NCBI GenBank assembly: GCA_900753975.1
Contig: CAAEBC010000013.1
Span: forward strand, 33,855 to 73,854
DNA from: Clostridia bacterium
GTDB lineage: Bacteria > Bacillota > Clostridia > TANB77 > UBA1234
Direction of reading: 5' to 3'
DNA: 40,000 nucleotides
The position numbers were made by a program, and so were the translations under genes. The notes under the pieces are model-generated. The model was not told the origin of the DNA and ran no database searches. It saw only the letters and a program-made list of their open reading frames with translations. Positions 35,059-40,000 of the stretch are shown one piece after another. How positions within the stretch are numbered: the stretch's first letter is position 1; each line of letters opens with the position of its first letter.

Positions 35059-35183
35059 TAGAATATATTGAGGGGTGTAAAAATCCCGATGTATAAATCT
35101 GGTTATGTATGAATTTTTTGTTCAGTATTTTCTCTCAGAGAACAATACAAAAAAGGCTAGTGTTGTGGCACTAGCCTTTTTTT
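35059..35183 (+). ncRNA. putative ~125-nt antisense (antitoxin-like) sRNA ending at the shared terminator
   Basis: Bounded by the promoter above and the terminator at 35149-35183. Nt 35111-35147 are a condensed direct-repeat copy of the small ORF 5' region, so this RNA is complementary to the start-codon region and 5' end of that mRNA. Confidence 0.4.
35149..35183. terminator. bidirectional intrinsic terminator
   Basis: ggctagtg (35155-35162) pairs with cactagcc (35169-35176). A6 upstream, T7 downstream. Confidence 0.8.
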
Positions 35184-35187
35184 ATTA

Positions 35188-35295
35188 CTAATGGAAAAAA
35201 ATAAGTAGTATGAAACAAGTTAGTAAAACTGATTCTAAAGCTAATAATATTAGAAAAACCATTAGTAATCTAGTTATTATGAACTTCTTGTTCAT
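35188..35295 (-). CDS. 35-aa hydrophobic peptide, type I toxin-like (not in ORF track)
   Basis: Hand translation: MNKKFIITRLLMVFLILLALESVLLTCFILLIFFH. Strong RBS ggaggag about 9 nt upstream of the ATG (35295). Single TM helix with a basic N-terminus. Ends at the bidirectional terminator. Confidence 0.5.
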   Translation of the reverse strand: MNKKFIITRLLMVFLILLALESVLLTCFILLIFFH

Positions 35296-35353
35296 AGTAT
35301 TGTTCTCCTCCTTTCTGTTCTATAATTTGAAAAGCAATTCAGAGAACAATAAC

Positions 35354-35382
35354 ATATTAGCATAAAGTGTAATGAAAAGCAA
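35354..35382 (-). promoter_or_regulatory. candidate promoter of the small-peptide mRNA (TTGCTT-N17 with TGc-TAATAT)
   Basis: On the minus strand, ttgctt = 35382-35377, tg = 35362-35361, taatat = 35359-35354. Predicted start near 35350-35346. Confidence 0.5.
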
Positions 35383-35471
35383 TATAAAAGCGAACTAAAG
35401 TTTGCAATTATTTTACACGCCTCGATTGACATTTTTTGCAAAATAGCATACTATAATTTAGAGGTGATGAT

Positions 35472-36551
35472 ATGAAAATTCTTATCGCAGCAGGTGGAAC
35501 TGGTGGGCATATAACACCGGGAATAGCTATAGCAAATATGCTTAGAGAAAGAGGCGATAATGTAAAGTTTGTTGGTACTGAAACAGGAATGGAAAAAGAT
35601 TTAGTACCAAAGGCAGGATATGATTTAGAGTACATACATGCAGAAGGCTTACATAGAGGTTTATCTTTGAAAAATATTAAGACATTAATGACTTTGAAAA
35701 AGGGAATTGATGATTGCTTAAAAATTATAGATACTGAAAAACCAGATATAGTAATTGGAACGGGTGGATATGTAACTGCCCCACTTATGATAGCTGGAAT
35801 TAAAAGAAAAATACCAACTATGATACATGAAAGTAATGCACTTCCTGGTAAAACTACAATTTGGCTTTCAAAAAAAGTTGATGTTATTGCACTTGGATTT
35901 GAAGATGCGAAAAAGAGAGTGCCAAATGCAAAATGTGCAGTCTATACTGGCAATCCTACTAAGATGAATGACTCTTTAAATAAAGATGAAATGAAAAAGA
36001 AATTAGGACTTGAAGGAAAGTCTGTTTTAATTTTTGGTGGCAGTCAAGGAGCAAGAAAAATAAACGATACAATCATTGATATGATTAATGAAAATAAAGA
36101 TTTATCATACAAGGTAATTTATGCTACTGGACCAAAAAATTACGATGAAGTAATTAGTAAGATAAATGTAGAAAATAGTAGATTTAAAGTTGAAAAATAC
36201 ATATATAATATGCCGGAAGTTATGGCAGCAAGTGATTTGGTAGTCTGTAGAAGTGGTGCATTAACGGTTACTGAAATTAGTGTTTTGGGAGTACCGTCTA
36301 TAATGATACCTTTTCCTTATGCTGCAGAAAATCATCAATATTATAATGCTAAAACTATTGAAGATGCGGGTGCTGGGATTATAATCGAAGAAAAAGATTT
36401 GACTAAAGATGTTTTAGAAGATAAGATTGAAAGCATTATAAACGATGACAAAAAATTAATGGAGATGTCATTAAATGCTAAGAAAGTTGGAGACAACAAA
36501 GCTATCGAAAGAATAGAAAATGAAATTGATAAATTGGTGGTAAAGAAGTAA
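35472..36551 (+). CDS. murG: UDP-N-acetylglucosamine--N-acetylmuramyl-(pentapeptide) pyrophosphoryl-undecaprenol GlcNAc transferase MurG
   Basis: MKILIAAGGTGGHITPGIAIA N-terminus, GGSQGA, and the C-terminal ADLVVCRSGALTVTEI...PS pattern. Confidence 0.95.
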   Translation: MKILIAAGGTGGHITPGIAIANMLRERGDNVKFVGTETGMEKDLVPKAGYDLEYIHAEGLHRGLSLKNIKTLMTLKKGIDDCLKIIDTEKPDIVIGTGGYVTAPLMIAGIKRKIPTMIHESNALPGKTTIWLSKKVDVIALGFEDAKKRVPNAKCAVYTGNPTKMNDSLNKDEMKKKLGLEGKSVLIFGGSQGARKINDTIIDMINENKDLSYKVIYATGPKNYDEVISKINVENSRFKVEKYIYNMPEVMAASDLVVCRSGALTVTEISVLGVPSIMIPFPYAAENHQYYNAKTIEDAGAGIIIEEKDLTKDVLEDKIESIINDDKKLMEMSLNAKKVGDNKAIERIENEIDKLVVKK

Positions 36552-38473
36552 TGTCGAAAAAATTATTGATTACAGAGAAGCCTAGTGTTGCAACAGAGTT
36601 TGCTAAGGCTTTAAAAATAAATACAACACGAAAAAATGGATATGTAGAATCAGATGACTATGTTATTACTTGGTGTGTTGGACATCTAGTAACAATGAGT
36701 TATCCAGAAGTTTATGACGAAAAGTATAAAGCTTGGCGATTTGACACTTTGCCGTTTATTCCTACTGAGTGGAAATATGAAGTTATTGCAAGTGTTCAAA
36801 ATCAATTTGACATTGTAAAATCTTTGCTTTTGCGTGATGATGTTGATACGATTTATGTTTGTACTGACTCTGGAAGAGAGGGAGAATACATTTATAGATT
36901 AGTGGATGCGATGGTTGGTGTGAAAGGTAAAGAGAAAAAAAGAGTTTGGATTGATTCGCAAACAGAAGAAGAAATACTAAAAGGAATTAACGGTGCAAAG
37001 GATTTAAGTGAATATGATGCTCTTGCTGATAGTGCTTACTTAAGGGCGAAAGAAGATTATTTAATAGGTATTAATTTTTCTAGACTTCTTACACTTACTT
37101 ATGGAAAAAAACTAGCAGAATTTTTAAATCAAGAAAGAGCACCTATTTCTGTTGGACGTGTAATGACTTGCGTTTTGGGAATGGTTGTGTCTAGAGAAGT
37201 TGAAATAAGAAATTTTGTAAAATCCAAGTTTTATAAGATTGGTGCAAATTTTGAAGAGGGAATAAGTGCTGAGTGGAAATATGATGCTGAAAATCAAAAT
37301 AATTTTAAAGAACTAATTAATGTTGTAGAAAAAAATAATTTATATAATGATAACGGTTTTAAAATCGAAGAAGATGCGAATAAATTTATTGAAATACTAA
37401 AATTGCAAAATCCAAAGGGTAAGGTTTTGGAAGCAAGTAAAAAAACTCAAAAAGAAAATGCACCACTTTTATATAATTTGGCTGAAATTCAAAATGAATG
37501 TAGTAAGCGATTTAAAATTTCACCAGATCAGACACTAGAAGTTATTCAGCTACTTTATGAGAAGAAACTAGTTACTTATCCTAGAACAGATGCCAGAGTT
37601 TTATCAACAGCAGTTGCAAAAGAAATTAGTAAAAATTTAAATGGACTTGCTAAATGGGGAAAAGATGCGAAGATTAAAAGCTTATTAGATAGTATGATTG
37701 CCAATAAATATTCAATAGATATTGTTAAATCAAAATATGTAGATGATTCAAAAATAACAGATCACTACGCTCTTATTCCAACAGGACAAGGTTTCGAAAA
37801 TTATGATGCATTATCTGATTTGCAAAAAGATATATATATACTTATTGTAAAAAGATTTTTAAGCATTTTCTTTCCACCCGCAGAATATACAAAGCTTGCG
37901 ATAACTGTAGATATAGCTGGTCAAAAATTTTATGCGAATGCTAAAATTTGTACAAAACAAGGTTATTTAGAAGTTATAAAAGATGAAACAAGAGATGATG
38001 ATTCCAAAACAAATATTGAAGCTTTATCAAAAATAAAAAAAGGACAAGAACTAGCATTAACAGATTTGTATACTAAAGAAGGTGAAACTTCGCCACCTAC
38101 TAGATACACATCGGGTTCTATTATTCTTGCGATGGAAAATGCAGGAAGACTTATAGAAGATGAAAGGCTTCGTGAACAAATAAAAGGCAGTGGAATTGGT
38201 ACAAGTGCGACAAGAGCCGAGATTATAAAAAAATTAAATAGAATAGGTTATATTAATATAAATGCAAAAACGCAAGTACTTACTCCAAGCGAAAAAGGAG
38301 AACTTGTGTATAAGGCAGTTGGATGGTCTATGCCAGATATGTTAAATCCTGATTTAACAGCAAGCTGGGAAAAAGGTTTGGATATGGTTGCTAAAAAAGA
38401 AATTAAACCAGACGAATTTATGGGAAAACTTGAGCTTTATATAAGATCAAAAACTGCGAAGATAAAGAGATAG
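36551..38473 (+). CDS. topB: DNA topoisomerase III (type IA)
   Basis: TOPRIM LLITEKPS, TDSGREGE, active-site VTYPRTDARVLS, no zinc-ribbon tail. The ATG overlaps the murG TAA by one base (taatg). Confidence 0.9.
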   Translation: MSKKLLITEKPSVATEFAKALKINTTRKNGYVESDDYVITWCVGHLVTMSYPEVYDEKYKAWRFDTLPFIPTEWKYEVIASVQNQFDIVKSLLLRDDVDTIYVCTDSGREGEYIYRLVDAMVGVKGKEKKRVWIDSQTEEEILKGINGAKDLSEYDALADSAYLRAKEDYLIGINFSRLLTLTYGKKLAEFLNQERAPISVGRVMTCVLGMVVSREVEIRNFVKSKFYKIGANFEEGISAEWKYDAENQNNFKELINVVEKNNLYNDNGFKIEEDANKFIEILKLQNPKGKVLEASKKTQKENAPLLYNLAEIQNECSKRFKISPDQTLEVIQLLYEKKLVTYPRTDARVLSTAVAKEISKNLNGLAKWGKDAKIKSLLDSMIANKYSIDIVKSKYVDDSKITDHYALIPTGQGFENYDALSDLQKDIYILIVKRFLSIFFPPAEYTKLAITVDIAGQKFYANAKICTKQGYLEVIKDETRDDDSKTNIEALSKIKKGQELALTDLYTKEGETSPPTRYTSGSIILAMENAGRLIEDERLREQIKGSGIGTSATRAEIIKKLNRIGYININAKTQVLTPSEKGELVYKAVGWSMPDMLNPDLTASWEKGLDMVAKKEIKPDEFMGKLELYIRSKTAKIKR

Positions 38474-38569
38474 AAATTGTAAGAGGGATTTTCTTCATTC
38501 TCAAACGAACTTTTTTAAAAAAGTAGGCATACTAATATAGTGAATATATTAAGTAATGAGGTGAAGAAA

Positions 38570-39815
38570 GTGAATGATAGATACATAATCAAAGGACGGA
38601 AATGAACTTAAAGGAGAACTAAAAATTTCTGGTTCTAAAAATGCATCACTTCCTGTTATTGCGGCATCATTATTATGTAAGGACATCGTTGAATTAGAAA
38701 ATTGTCCTGACATTCATGATGTAAAAATAATGTTAGATATTTTGCAAAAATTAGGTTGCAAAGTTGCCTATAGTAATAGTAAAATAGTAGTCGACAGTAG
38801 AGGGCTTAATTCTTGTGAAATACCAAATGATTTAATGCATGAGATGCGTTCTTCTGTTATTATTGTTGGCGCACTTTTAGGAAGAAGTGGTAAATGTAAA
38901 TTTACTTATCCAGGGGGATGTGAGATTGGAGCAAGACCAATCAATATGCACTTAGATGCGTTTGAACAATTAGGAGTGACTATTAAAGAAGATATGGGTG
39001 AAATTGAATGTAAGGCAGACAAACTTGTAGGTACCGAGATTGTTCTTGATTTTCCATCTGTTGGTGCTACTGAAAATATTATGCTTGCGAGTTGCCTTGC
39101 AGAAGGAGTGACACATATTAAAAATGTTGCTCGTGAGCCCGAGATTAAGTGCTTACAAGATTTCTTAAATAGTATGGGTGCAGATATTGTAGGAGCAGGA
39201 AGTAATTCTATTATGATTAAAGGTGTAAAGAGTTTACATGCATCTTCTTTTAAAGTTATACCAGATAGAATTGAGACAGGTACGTATCTTCTAATGGCTA
39301 TGGCGACTAGAGGAGAAATCTTAGTAAAAGATGTTGTTCCAGAACATGTTGAATCTTTAATCCATAAAATGAAAAGAATGAATTGTAAAGTGCTAGTATC
39401 TCAAGATTCGATTTTTGCTAAATATAATAAATATCTTAAAGCTGTTGATGTGAAGACGATGCCTTATCCGGGTTTTCCGACAGATTTGCAATCACAGTTT
39501 GTTACGACGATGACACTTGCCAAAGGCACCTCTATAGTTGTAGAAAATATTTTTGAAAACAGATACAAATATGTAAATGAACTTTTACGAATGGGAGCTA
39601 ATATAACTATTGAAGGCAAGACCGCGATAATTCAAGGAGTAGACAAATTAAATGCTGCCAAACTTGAAGCAAAAGATTTAAGAGGTGGTGCAGCTCTTAT
39701 TGAAGCGGCTTTAACTTCAGAAGGAGAAAGTGAAATCACAGGAATTAATTATATAGAAAGAGGATATGAAAATATAGTTCAAAAATTAACTAGTATTGGT
39801 GCAATAATAAATTAG
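38570..39815 (+). pseudogene. murA: UDP-N-acetylglucosamine 1-carboxyvinyltransferase MurA with a +1 frameshift in codon ~10
   Basis: RBS gaggtg, then GTG 38570 reads VNDRYIIKGRK-stop. The next frame, from 38598, continues GNELKGELKISGSKNASLPVIAAS...DVKIMLDILQKLG into the track ORF (38730-39815). Deleting the c at 38597 restores a 414-aa MurA. Confidence 0.8.
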
Positions 39816-39831
39816 TTAGGAGGTTTGATAA

Positions 39832-40000
39832 ATGGCCGGTAGCAAGAAAATTTTAATTTTTGTATTGGTTATGATTTTAATAGGTCTAGCTGCTGGCTGT
39901 TTATTTTCTCCTGTGTTTAATATTGTCGAAGTTAGAGCTGATAATGGAATTAATGTAACTTCGGGTGAGGTTCTAGAAAAAGCAAGTATTCCTATTGGTG
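39832..40000 (+). CDS. FtsQ/DivIB-like cell division protein, N-terminal part (3' end outside window)
   Basis: RBS taggagg at 39816-39822. Short cytoplasmic N-terminus, TM helix, then FNIVEVRADNGINVTSGEVLEKASIPIG resembling the start of a POTRA domain. Confidence 0.5.
   Translation, partial: MAGSKKILIFVLVMILIGLAAGCLFSPVFNIVEVRADNGINVTSGEVLEKASIPIG

Noticed and set aside
35426-35457. TTGACA ... TATAAT upstream of murG as its promoter
   Set aside because: The hexamers are 20 nt apart, and the resulting start would fall inside the murG RBS. The promoter is probably elsewhere, so it is not reported as a feature.
31728-38473. Integrase marking a prophage or ICE extending rightwards (topA, topB nearby)
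   Set aside because: No phage, conjugation or replication-module genes follow. murG, murA and ftsQ-like are core cell-envelope genes, composition is host-like, and no att-like direct repeats were seen. This cannot be fully excluded without genome comparison.
1-40000. CRISPR arrays, tRNA/rRNA genes, IS elements
   Set aside because: There are no regularly spaced short direct repeats, no tRNA-like or rRNA-like GC-rich structured segments, and no transposase-like ORFs or terminal inverted repeats on either strand.

Overview
40-kb chromosomal segment from a low-GC Gram-positive bacterium (about 30-35% G+C in the lines I hand-counted), Clostridia/Tissierellia-like, with an SLH-anchored cell surface. 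No rRNA, tRNA, CRISPR array or transposase was seen. Left third is housekeeping: mutS (5'-truncated by the window), mutL, miaA, an HlyD-like protein, sepF, divIVA, a membrane cyclophilin, a 2-hydroxyacid dehydrogenase, ruvA, rarA and a split TSUP/TauE transporter. The middle is a surface block: a secreted PPEP/M34-like zinc protease sits divergently next to two SLH proteins, one a 1961-aa adhesin with MBG-type repeats and a vWA domain. It is followed by an FAD oxidoreductase, a GC-rich single-gene islet (tandem OB-fold SSB-like), a short AlaRS, a HIT protein and an M23 peptidase. The most interesting locus is 26.5-32.9 kb. A fully equipped SLH S-layer gene faces a promoterless, 5'-truncated, about 80-85% identical second copy on the other strand. 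Together they form a 2.26-kb imperfect inverted repeat. A lone tyrosine recombinase lies about 100 bp from the truncated end. I read this as a candidate S-layer expression-site/silent-cassette inversion (antigenic variation) system. The right end holds topA, an unannotated par/Fst-style type I toxin-antitoxin-like module in the topA-murG spacer, murG translationally coupled to topB, a frameshifted murA and the start of an ftsQ-like gene. Caution: four otherwise intact genes carry single-base frameshifts, so assembly error is a real alternative to pseudogenisation. All function calls come from motif recognition by eye; no database search was possible.
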